Source: Planctomicrobium piriforme
Lineage (GTDB): Bacteria > Planctomycetota > Planctomycetia > Pirellulales > UBA1268
Length of the DNA stretch: 64,000 bases
Reading direction: 5' to 3'
Assembly (NCBI GenBank): GCA_945869735.1
Contig: CAMBPQ010000004.1
Location: forward strand, 5,219 to 69,218
Positions 56,730 to 64,000 of this stretch are shown in pieces (within the stretch, counting starts at the first letter, position 1; every line of letters begins with the position of its first letter). The translations under genes and the position numbers were made by a program. The notes beneath the pieces are model-generated. The model was not told where the DNA came from and ran no database searches. It saw only the letters and a program-made list of their open reading frames with translations.

Positions 56730-57941
56730 TTAGTATCGCCCCTCGAAGCCCGCAAATCCACCGTGAACAATCGTGCTCGATCCGGCCTCGATTCCCGAGA
56801 GTGACGTCGGCGACGTGATCACGGTGGGCCACTGGCCATCCGCCTGGGCGATATTCCCTACTCCCACGACACGGTAGCCCAGCCACAGGCTCCAGTGGTC
56901 TGTGACATCCCAAGCCACCGCCGTGTCAACCGACCCCAGCCACGAGAAGACGCCGAGCGTCGAATGCACCGTCGACGGTGAACCGTCAGCGGTGAAGGTG
57001 CCGTATGTCCCGTTCGTCCGCACGAGCGAACTTGTGTTGGTGATCGAGTTGCCGCCGACCATGAACTTGGGCACGATGTTGAGGCGGACCATCGGTAGAA
57101 TCCGCCAGTCGAATTTGGCCCCGACCTGAGCGCCGTAAATATTGTTGTTTGTGGCCACGTCGAAGTCGAGTCCGCCGAGCGACGAATCACCCGTGCCGTT
57201 TTGGAGCGTCAGCGCGTCGCCCACCTCGAAGAATCGGAAGCCGGCCAGCCACATCAGGTTGATGGCCCGCTCACGGGGCAGGAACTCGGGCCGATCCCAG
57301 AGCGAATACACCCAGTTGATCTCGATGTCGTTGACGACGTCGGAGCGGTTGATCTGCTGGGCCGTGGCACCGGTCAGAAACATTGCTGCGGGCATCCCCG
57401 CCACCGTCACGCCCGGCGCCTGCGGAATCGCGTTGATCGCGCCGGCGCTCGACGTCACGCCACTCGACGTCCCGATGTTGTAGACGCCCCAGTAGATGAG
57501 TTCGACGGCGTGCTGCTGCCGCATCCCGAACCAGCGGCCCAGATGCAGATCGACGCCACCGGGCCAGTTGGCGCCAGCATCGGCCGTCGTGAGTTGCGTG
57601 CCGCCGACTGGCTGCATCGTGGCGGCACCCGATGGCAGCGTCCGGGTCATCACAAGCCCGCTAGCGCCGGCGAACCATCGCGGCCAGGATTTCGCGAGGC
57701 CCGAGCCGACGCCCACGGGCAGCGCCGTGAACGTGTCACCATCGAGTGGGTCGGCGACGTACATCGGCGGCGCGACCATGTCTGTGCTGCCATCGGTCGC
57801 CATCGCCGCCGGCTCGACGGTAAGGCCTGGCGGTTGCGGCCATGCCGCCGGCCCGATCACCGCGTACGCCCCTGCCACGGCCGCCCAGAGGACGGGACGA
57901 ACTGTCACGCCGCGCCGTTTCAGGGTCTCAGGCTGTCGCAT
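56730..57941 (-). CDS. putative outer-membrane beta-barrel protein (BBP7-like)
   Basis: 403 aa. Signal peptide ..VRPVLWAAVAGAYAVIGPAAW. Alternating beta-strand pattern rich in G/N/W/Y. Ends ..GGFAGFEGRY. Confidence 0.65.
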   Translation of the reverse strand: MRQPETLKRRGVTVRPVLWAAVAGAYAVIGPAAWPQPPGLTVEPAAMATDGSTDMVAPPMYVADPLDGDTFTALPVGVGSGLAKSWPRWFAGASGLVMTRTLPSGAATMQPVGGTQLTTADAGANWPGGVDLHLGRWFGMRQQHAVELIYWGVYNIGTSSGVTSSAGAINAIPQAPGVTVAGMPAAMFLTGATAQQINRSDVVNDIEINWVYSLWDRPEFLPRERAINLMWLAGFRFFEVGDALTLQNGTGDSSLGGLDFDVATNNNIYGAQVGAKFDWRILPMVRLNIVPKFMVGGNSITNTSSLVRTNGTYGTFTADGSPSTVHSTLGVFSWLGSVDTAVAWDVTDHWSLWLGYRVVGVGNIAQADGQWPTVITSPTSLSGIEAGSSTIVHGGFAGFEGRY

Positions 57942-58065
57942 GGCACCGCCAAAAGAGAACGAGCGTCTCCGTCCCGTGCGCCGGGGGCTCGGGGAGGCGG
58001 AGAGTCAGATAAAGGCGTCCGACCGTCAATCCCTGTTTCCCGCACACCGTCGAATGACAACCGAC

Positions 58066-58225
58066 GAGAGCGCATCCGCTTTTGGTGGAGCGGCGAGATG
58101 GAACCTTGGAGGAGGGAGGCAAGGGGGTCGGCGAACGCTCGAGGAGCCTCAGGCGTATCCTCGCCCTGGCCACGAGACTTTTGCCGCCCCCGAGCCGGCG
58201 TTCCACGCAAGTTGGATGCGCTCTA
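58066..58225 (-). repeat. R1 MITE-like element, copy H (in divergent promoter region)
   Basis: GAGAGCGCATCCGCTTTTGGTGGAGCGGCGAGATGGAACCTTGGAGGAGGGAGGCAAGGGGGTCGGCGAACGCTCGAGGAGCCTCAGGCGTATCCTCGCCCTGGCCACGAGACTTTTGCCGCCCCCGAGCCGGCGTTCCACGCAAGTTGGATGCGCTCTA. Confidence 0.9.
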
Positions 58226-58295
58226 AACTCTCAGTCGCGGCGGGTTCTCGCCAGGCCCGCCCGTTCCCCCCAGACGTTCCGGCAAACGGCGCAGA

Positions 58296-59693
58296 ATGCG
58301 AAAGCGACGACCCCCACGACGTGCCGGCGCCGCCGACCGCGAGCGCGTGCTCGCGTGGCTCGATGGCCGCATCAACTACGAACGGGTGCCCGCGTCGGGC
58401 CGGCCGGCCGCGGCCTTCGGTCTCATTCGCATGCGACACCTGCTGGCCATGCTCGGTGATCCACACCTGCTCTACCCAGTCGCTCACGTGGCCGGGACCA
58501 AGGGCAAGGGTTCGACGGTGGCCATGCTCGCCGCCATCCTCGAGGAATCGGGGCATCGCGTGGGCCGATACATGTCGCCCCACGTGTACGCCATCGAGGA
58601 ACGGATCTCAATCGATCGCGACCCCATCTCCCCGACTGATCTCGTGGCAGTGTTCGAGGAAGTCATTCCTGCCGTCGAGGCCCTCGACCACACCGCACGC
58701 CGACGTGGCCGGGAGGGGCTGACGTGGTTTGAGGTGATCACCGCTGTCGCCATGCTGCACTTCGCCCGGAGTCAGGTCGACGTCGCCGTGCTCGAGACCG
58801 GTCTTGGTGGCCGACTCGACGCGACGAACGTGTCACACCCGCTCGTCACGGTCATCACGAGCATCAGCCTCGACCACATGAAACTACTCGGCCCCACGAT
58901 CACAAAAATCGCCGGCGAGAAAGCCGGAATCATCAAGCGTGGCTGTCCGGTGATCTCGGGAGTCATGCAGCCGACTGCCCGCCGAGTGATCGCCGACGTG
59001 GCCGCTCGTCGGCGGGCACCGCTTCTGCAACTCGGCCGCGACTTCGCCGTTCGGCACCATCCGCCAACGACCCCCGCCGAAGCCCTCCGCGGTTCGTCGT
59101 TCGACCTCACCCCGCCGGGCGGCGCTGCGGCGGAGTGCTACACACCTGCCATGCCGGGCCGGCACCAGACCGACAACGCGGCTCTCGCGGTGATCGCCGC
59201 CATGCAGCTCGACGCGCGGGGGATTCGCGTACCTCGGGAGGCCGTCGTCCGCGGCCTCGCGCGGGCACGGCTGCCGGCCCGCATCGAGACCGCGGCAGAG
59301 CGGCCCCTTGTGATCGTCGATGCGGCCCACAACGTGGCCTCCATGGAGTCGCTCATGGAGACGCTGCAGCCCGTGCTGGCTGCCCACCGGCGGCGGGCCC
59401 TTGTCTTCGCCGCCAGTAGCGACAAGCAGATCGAAAAGATGCTCGCCACCGCGACCGGGCTCTTCGAGTATGTCGTCGTCACCCGCTATCAACACAACCC
59501 ACGGTCTGCGACGCTCGACCGCCTGCGTGAAGCATGCCACCAGGCGCGGCTGCCCAAGCCGGAAGAGGAGGCGTCGCCCGCCGCCGCGTTGAAGATCGCC
59601 CGCTCACGCGTCGGGCCGAGGGGAATGATCGTCGTCGCGGGGAGTTTCTTCCTCGCCGCCGAGATCGGGATCAACCGCGGTGACCGGATCTGA
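58296..59693 (+). CDS. folC: bifunctional folylpolyglutamate synthase / dihydrofolate synthase
   Basis: P-loop VAGTKGKGST, then ..GLGGRLDATNV.. and ..ISLDHMKLLG.. Confidence 0.9.
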   Translation: MRKRRPPRRAGAADRERVLAWLDGRINYERVPASGRPAAAFGLIRMRHLLAMLGDPHLLYPVAHVAGTKGKGSTVAMLAAILEESGHRVGRYMSPHVYAIEERISIDRDPISPTDLVAVFEEVIPAVEALDHTARRRGREGLTWFEVITAVAMLHFARSQVDVAVLETGLGGRLDATNVSHPLVTVITSISLDHMKLLGPTITKIAGEKAGIIKRGCPVISGVMQPTARRVIADVAARRRAPLLQLGRDFAVRHHPPTTPAEALRGSSFDLTPPGGAAAECYTPAMPGRHQTDNAALAVIAAMQLDARGIRVPREAVVRGLARARLPARIETAAERPLVIVDAAHNVASMESLMETLQPVLAAHRRRALVFAASSDKQIEKMLATATGLFEYVVVTRYQHNPRSATLDRLREACHQARLPKPEEEASPAAALKIARSRVGPRGMIVVAGSFFLAAEIGINRGDRI

Positions 59694-61040
59694 CAGGCCG
59701 CTGAGCGCACGGGCAACAACCGGATCGATCTCACGAGGCAAGCCACGAGGTGCCGGCGGCAGACCACCGCCCACTGAAACCGGTCCGGCGGCGTCACGGA
59801 ACCTCCGCCAAGCATTGAGCCGCGCGATCGCCTCCGCGGAAGGCGCGACTTCGTAGCCGGTTTCAGGAGCCACGCCCCACGCATGACCATCATCGTCATC
59901 GCTGCGGCGGTGGATAGTGACGCGACTCGGCCGCAGGTACTCCGACGTGGTCAGCTTGAGAAGCCCCCGGTCATCGGACAACGGCAGAATCGCCTGCACG
60001 GTCCCCTTGCCGTACGTCCGGCTGCCGACGATCGTGGCCCGCCCCGAGTCCTGGAGGCACCCGGCGACGATCTCCGCCGCACTGGCGGTCAGGCCATCGA
60101 CGAGCACCATCACTGGAACACCCGGGAGGATGCCGCCGGGGCTCGCACGCCGCGTGTCGAGTGACGCGCCGTCCGCCGACGAGCCGCTGACTGGTCGACC
60201 GCGGGTGTGGACGATCACGCCTTCGTCTAGGAACTGGTCGCACACCTCCACGGCCGCCGAGAGCAGCCCCCCTGGATTTCCTCGCAGGTCGAGCACGAGC
60301 CCACGGATAGCCCCCGTGGCGGTGATCGCAGCGGCAGCGGCAGCAAGTTCTGCGGCCGTCCGCTCGCCGAACGTCGTCATTCGGACCATCGCGATTCCCG
60401 GAGCCCCCTCGATCATCCAATCCCAGCTGCCATCCGGGAGACGCCGATCGCCGAGCACGCTCTCCGTCTTGATCACCTCGCGGACGAGCGTGATGTCACG
60501 ACGGTCGACATCATCCCGGACCTCGGCTCCCGGATCGAGCGTCGGCGGCCAGCTGGCGGCAGGGCGTGCGATCCCAACAACCACTTTGTCCCCAACCGTG
60601 CCCCGCAGCCGTCCGACGATCTCGCGAAGCAGAACACCCGCGGTCGGCTCGCCATCGATCGTCTCGATTCGATCACCCGCCCAGATACCGGCACGCCACG
60701 CCGGCGAATCGACGACGGGCGAAGCCACGATCGGTTCGCGGGTCGCCTCGTCAATCGTAAGTTCGAGGCCCACACCGCCAAACTTCTGATCGAGCGCCGC
60801 TTCCAGTTCCACACGCCCGTCGCCGCGGACGTAGGCAGAATGCTCGTCAAGCTCTGACATCGCGGCATCCACCGCGGCATCGAGGAGCTGTTCGTGATCG
60901 ACGCGCTCGAGGTACGACGCGTCGATGAGGGAGAGCACTTCGCCGAAGCGACGGCCGGCCGCCGACTGCTCCCGGGCGGCATAGGCCGCGAGGCAGGTGA
61001 AGCAGATTACGACGAGGAGGAGGACGTTGCGATTGGGCAC
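59604..61040 (-). CDS. S41-family C-terminal processing peptidase
   Basis: N-terminal TM anchor, PDZ (..SPAWRAGIWAGDRIETIDGEP..), ..DLRGNPGGLL.., and catalytic region ..LTASAAEIVAGCLQD..GSRTYGKGTVQ. Confidence 0.9.
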   Translation of the reverse strand: MPNRNVLLLVVICFTCLAAYAAREQSAAGRRFGEVLSLIDASYLERVDHEQLLDAAVDAAMSELDEHSAYVRGDGRVELEAALDQKFGGVGLELTIDEATREPIVASPVVDSPAWRAGIWAGDRIETIDGEPTAGVLLREIVGRLRGTVGDKVVVGIARPAASWPPTLDPGAEVRDDVDRRDITLVREVIKTESVLGDRRLPDGSWDWMIEGAPGIAMVRMTTFGERTAAELAAAAAAITATGAIRGLVLDLRGNPGGLLSAAVEVCDQFLDEGVIVHTRGRPVSGSSADGASLDTRRASPGGILPGVPVMVLVDGLTASAAEIVAGCLQDSGRATIVGSRTYGKGTVQAILPLSDDRGLLKLTTSEYLRPSRVTIHRRSDDDDGHAWGVAPETGYEVAPSAEAIARLNAWRRFRDAAGPVSVGGGLPPAPRGLPREIDPVVARALSGLSDPVTAVDPDLGGEEETPRDDDHSPRPDA

Positions 61041-61052
61041 GGTGCGTCTGGT

Positions 61053-62357
61053 TCAGTGAACTCTGCGGATCATGGCTGCTGCGGGCTCGAAGGAACTGGA
61101 GTCCTCAAAACAAAAGCCCTTGGGGACGACGGTCACGCCTTCGGGTGAGACTGTCAAGCCCCGGGCGGCATCCTGCTCGGGATCGACACCGACCGTCAGC
61201 CCCGGCGGGATGCGGACGTCCTTGTCGACGATCGCCCGGTGAACCACGGCATGGCGGCCGATGTCGACACCATCGGAAAGAATGCTTTCGTCGATCCTCG
61301 CGAAACTGTTGACGCGCACGCCGGGCCCAATGATCGAGCGGCTCACCCGGCCACCCGAGATGATGGCACCGGGGCAGACGAGGCTATCGGTCGCCTCGCC
61401 CCTCCGGGCGGAGGGCCCTTCTTCCGCGAAGACAAACTTGGGGGGCGGGTAGGCGGGGTGATGGGTACGAATCGGCCAGTGTTCATCGTAGAGGTTGAGC
61501 TTCGGATCGACCTCGACGAGATCCATGTTGGCCTCGTAGTAGGCGTCGACGGTGCCCACGTCGCGCCAGTAGGCCTCTCGCTTACGGTTTTCGTCGCGGA
61601 AGGGAAAGACGTGCACGGCATGCGTGTGAACGATCCGGGGAAGCAGATCGTGGCCAAAGTCGTGGCGGCTCTGGCCGTCGCCGGCGTCGGCGCGGAGTTG
61701 TTCGAGAAGAAAATCGGAACTGAAGCAGTAGATACCCATCGAAGCGAGGCACATGCCGGGGCTGCCGGGCAGCGGCGGCGGATCTGCGACCTTCTCGTGA
61801 AACTGTCGCACTCGCGCTGAGCCATCGACTTCCATCGTGCCAAAATCGCCGGCCATCTCGCGGGCGACCGGGAGGCCGGCGATCGTCACGTCGGCACCGC
61901 TCTCCTCGTGCGCGTCGATCAGCGACTGGTAGTTCATCTTGTAGATGTGATCGCCGGCGAGCACGACCACCAGCCGTGGGGCCGCCATCTCCAGCGAATA
62001 GATGTTTTGGTAGACGGCGTCGGCAGTGCCGAGATACCAGTGGTCATCGACCCGCTGCTGCGGCGGGAGCACGTCGAGGAACTCGCCGAGGTCGCGGCAG
62101 AACAGCCGATGCCATCCCAGATTCAGGTGGCGGTCGAGGCTCCGGGCCTTGTACTGCGTGAGCACGAGCAGCCGCCGCAGACCGCTGTTGAGGCAGTTAG
62201 AGAGCGCGAAATCGATGATCCGGTAGGTGCCACCGAACGGCACAGCGGGCTTCGCGCGGTCGCGGGTGAGCGGGTCGAGACGTGCGCCTCGGCCGCCGGC
62301 CAACACCACGGCCACCACGTCTCGCATGCGGGTCAGATCGACGTCTCGCGAACGCAT
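61053..62357 (-). CDS. glgC: glucose-1-phosphate adenylyltransferase (paralog 2)
   Basis: VVLAGGRGARLDPLTRDRAKPAVPFGGTYRIIDFALSNCLNSG, ..YLGTADAVYQNI.., and a left-handed beta-helix C-terminus. Confidence 0.95.
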   Translation of the reverse strand: MRSRDVDLTRMRDVVAVVLAGGRGARLDPLTRDRAKPAVPFGGTYRIIDFALSNCLNSGLRRLLVLTQYKARSLDRHLNLGWHRLFCRDLGEFLDVLPPQQRVDDHWYLGTADAVYQNIYSLEMAAPRLVVVLAGDHIYKMNYQSLIDAHEESGADVTIAGLPVAREMAGDFGTMEVDGSARVRQFHEKVADPPPLPGSPGMCLASMGIYCFSSDFLLEQLRADAGDGQSRHDFGHDLLPRIVHTHAVHVFPFRDENRKREAYWRDVGTVDAYYEANMDLVEVDPKLNLYDEHWPIRTHHPAYPPPKFVFAEEGPSARRGEATDSLVCPGAIISGGRVSRSIIGPGVRVNSFARIDESILSDGVDIGRHAVVHRAIVDKDVRIPPGLTVGVDPEQDAARGLTVSPEGVTVVPKGFCFEDSSSFEPAAAMIRRVH

Positions 62358-62580
62358 CGAAGAGCCTGTACAGGAACCCGCCTCGGAACTCCATGACTAT
62401 ACGACCGCAGTCCAATCCTGGACGATTCGGGACAGTTTTCCGAGTTCCAGACAGCCTGGCGTCCCGTGCCTCGACCCGCGAGAATCAATGAAATCAGCGG
62501 TCTAAAGCGATCTGGCAGGTGAAACCGGCATTCCCTAGCATCCGCCGCCCGCGTGCCAGTTGTCCGACTGGGACGACCGT

Positions 62581-62608
62581 CGGTGCCAGCATCCGGATGC
62601 TGGCACCG
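62581..62608. promoter_or_regulatory. 28-bp perfect palindrome 21 nt upstream of the LysM-protein start
   Basis: CGGTGCCAGCATCC|GGATGCTGGCACCG is identical to its own reverse complement (checked base by base). It is followed by CCCCCTGAGGAAGCAGTGCC-ATG. Confidence 0.5.
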
Positions 62609-62628
62609 CCCCCTGAGGAAGCAGTGCC

Positions 62629-64000
62629 ATGGCCAGCCGCTCCAAGCATCCAAGCCGCTCGGATCGGGATTCCGACTCGATGGAGGCACTCAAGCCCCTC
62701 GTCGTCCTCGTGCTCTTCGGCACCATTCTCTATGGCGCGTATTCCGTGGTGCAGAAAGGTCCGTCGAGTACGACTGAGGATCCCGCCGCTCAGACATCCG
62801 GTGCGCCAGGCTTTTCACCTCCCGCGGTCGAACTGACGTCTGCGGCACCGGTGGCCTCGGTGCCTCCGGCCGCGACACCGTTCAGCACGCCGTCGGCGCC
62901 CGCGTTGAGCGACGCGACCGCGACCCCCGCATCGACACCAGCGGCCGCTCCGGCACCACCATCCGCAATCTCGGCGTTTCCGGCCGCGTCTTCAATGCCG
63001 CCGCTGAATGTGCCCCCCGCGCCCCCCATGCCGGCCCAACCACCTGCCGCCGCGCCACTCCAGACGGCGGCCATCGCTGCGGCTGCCGCGGGAGCCGGTG
63101 CGGCGCTTGGTGCCGCGGCAGCCGACGAACCGGCCAGGATGTCGCCGGCAGCCCCCACCTACCTCACCGCTGAATCGGCACCGCCGCCCTTGCAGGCTCC
63201 CCCAGGGGCGGTGACACCCGACGCTGTTGCTCCAGGCAACGCGATCGATCGTCCCGACAGGTTTGCGACGCTCTCGACAACGCCACCATTCACGCCGGCA
63301 GCCATGCCTCCGGACACGCTCACGCCGCCACCGTCCACCGCGCAAGTCTCATCGGCCGCCTTCGCGACGGCGTGGGCAGACGCCCATGAAAAACTCGGCG
63401 CTGGCCGCTACGCCGAAGCGCTCGCCGCGCTCTCCGTGTGGTACGACGATCCATCGCTCGGTCTCGAGGAGAGCCAGCGTCTCGAGGACCTGCTCGGCCA
63501 ACTCGCGGGGACCGTCGTCTATTCGCAGCAGGATCTGCTCCTCCCGCCGCACGTCGTCGCGGTCGGTGAGACGCTTCCGCTGATCGCCGCCCCGCTCGGC
63601 GTGTCGTGGCAACTCCTCGGCAAGATCAACGGCATCGTGGAACCGCAGCGGCTCACTGCGGGCGAACACGTGAAGGTCATCCGGGGCCCGTTCGACGCCG
63701 TGGTGAGCATCTCACGGCGGCGGCTGAGCCTCCAGCTCGGCGGCAACTACGCGGGGAGCTTTCCCGTGGTGGTCGGTCGCCAGTTCCAAGGCCGCGTAGG
63801 CGGCTCGATCCCGGTCGTCGACGTGCGTCGCGGCCCCGGCCGCGACGTGCAGGCCGTGGCGGCCACGAGCCCCGACCCATCGTCCACCAAGCCATCGATC
63901 CTACTGGGCGAGGGACTCGTCATCGAAGCCGCCGAGGATCCGGGCGTGGTCAGCGACAACTCACCGGCCACGAGTCTCGTCGTGTCAGTCCGCGATCTCG
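62629..64000 (+). CDS. membrane-anchored Pro/Ala-rich LysM domain protein; 3' end lies beyond window end
   Basis: Absent from the ORF track because it has no stop inside the window. Hand translation from ATG 62629 (in-frame TGA at 62614) gives MASRSKHPSRSDRDSDSMEALKPLVVLVLFGTILYGAYSVV.. (TM anchor). A long P/A/T-rich linker follows, then a LysM-like ..HVVAVGETLPLIAAPLGVSWQLLGKINGIVEPQRLTAGEHVKVI.. The frame is open to 64000. Confidence 0.8.
   Translation, partial: MASRSKHPSRSDRDSDSMEALKPLVVLVLFGTILYGAYSVVQKGPSSTTEDPAAQTSGAPGFSPPAVELTSAAPVASVPPAATPFSTPSAPALSDATATPASTPAAAPAPPSAISAFPAASSMPPLNVPPAPPMPAQPPAAAPLQTAAIAAAAAGAGAALGAAAADEPARMSPAAPTYLTAESAPPPLQAPPGAVTPDAVAPGNAIDRPDRFATLSTTPPFTPAAMPPDTLTPPPSTAQVSSAAFATAWADAHEKLGAGRYAEALAALSVWYDDPSLGLEESQRLEDLLGQLAGTVVYSQQDLLLPPHVVAVGETLPLIAAPLGVSWQLLGKINGIVEPQRLTAGEHVKVIRGPFDAVVSISRRRLSLQLGGNYAGSFPVVVGRQFQGRVGGSIPVVDVRRGPGRDVQAVAATSPDPSSTKPSILLGEGLVIEAAEDPGVVSDNSPATSLVVSVRDL

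Overview
GC-rich chromosomal segment with third codon positions dominated by G/C. Gene content suggests a Planctomycetota-type genome (DUF1573 protein, BBP7-like and other outer-membrane barrels, an STN/secretin protein); this is inference only. I support about 50 CDSs, almost all housekeeping. They are: prpB/prpC-like pair; prs-rplY-pth-rpsF-ssb-rplI-dnaB supercluster; tsaD; a flavin reductase; a ribose-type sugar ABC transporter; a ThiF/MoeB-like E1; an acyl-CoA synthetase; leuS; two divergent glgC paralogs; a family-4 UDG; a DEAD-box helicase; sdhCAB with a divergent PAS/GAF/REC regulator; an orphan secretin plus DUF423; pstSCAB-phoU; rpe; accD; folC; and an S41 protease. There is one tmRNA (5171-5525). 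Two real genes run off the window edges and are missing from the ORF track: a membrane protein at 1-1413 (minus) and a LysM protein at 62629-64000 (plus). I recognised no rRNA, tRNA, CRISPR array, transposase, integrase or known defence genes by eye. Many track ORFs are GC-driven antisense shadows or N-terminally inflated versions of real genes. The most unusual content is non-coding, a nested set of three intergenic repeat families. (1) R1 is a ~160-bp MITE-like element with imperfect terminal inverted repeats, present about ten times. Its terminal TA(G) doubles as the stop codon of seven flanking genes, and two copies fill convergent intergenic gaps exactly from stop to stop. (2) R2 is a ~80-bp hairpin element, found nested inside an R1 copy. 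(3) R3 is a ~225-bp element carrying a terminator-like hairpin, present twice. Other items worth a second look: an uncharacterised minus-strand cluster (secreted DUF11-like protein, degenerate metallophosphoesterase-like protein and a translationally coupled small protein); a 3 x 41-bp hairpin array after phoU; a Pho-box-like direct repeat upstream of pstS; a 28-bp perfect palindrome upstream of the LysM gene; two predicted pseudoenzymes; and the absence of rpsR from the rpsF-ssb-rplI cluster.
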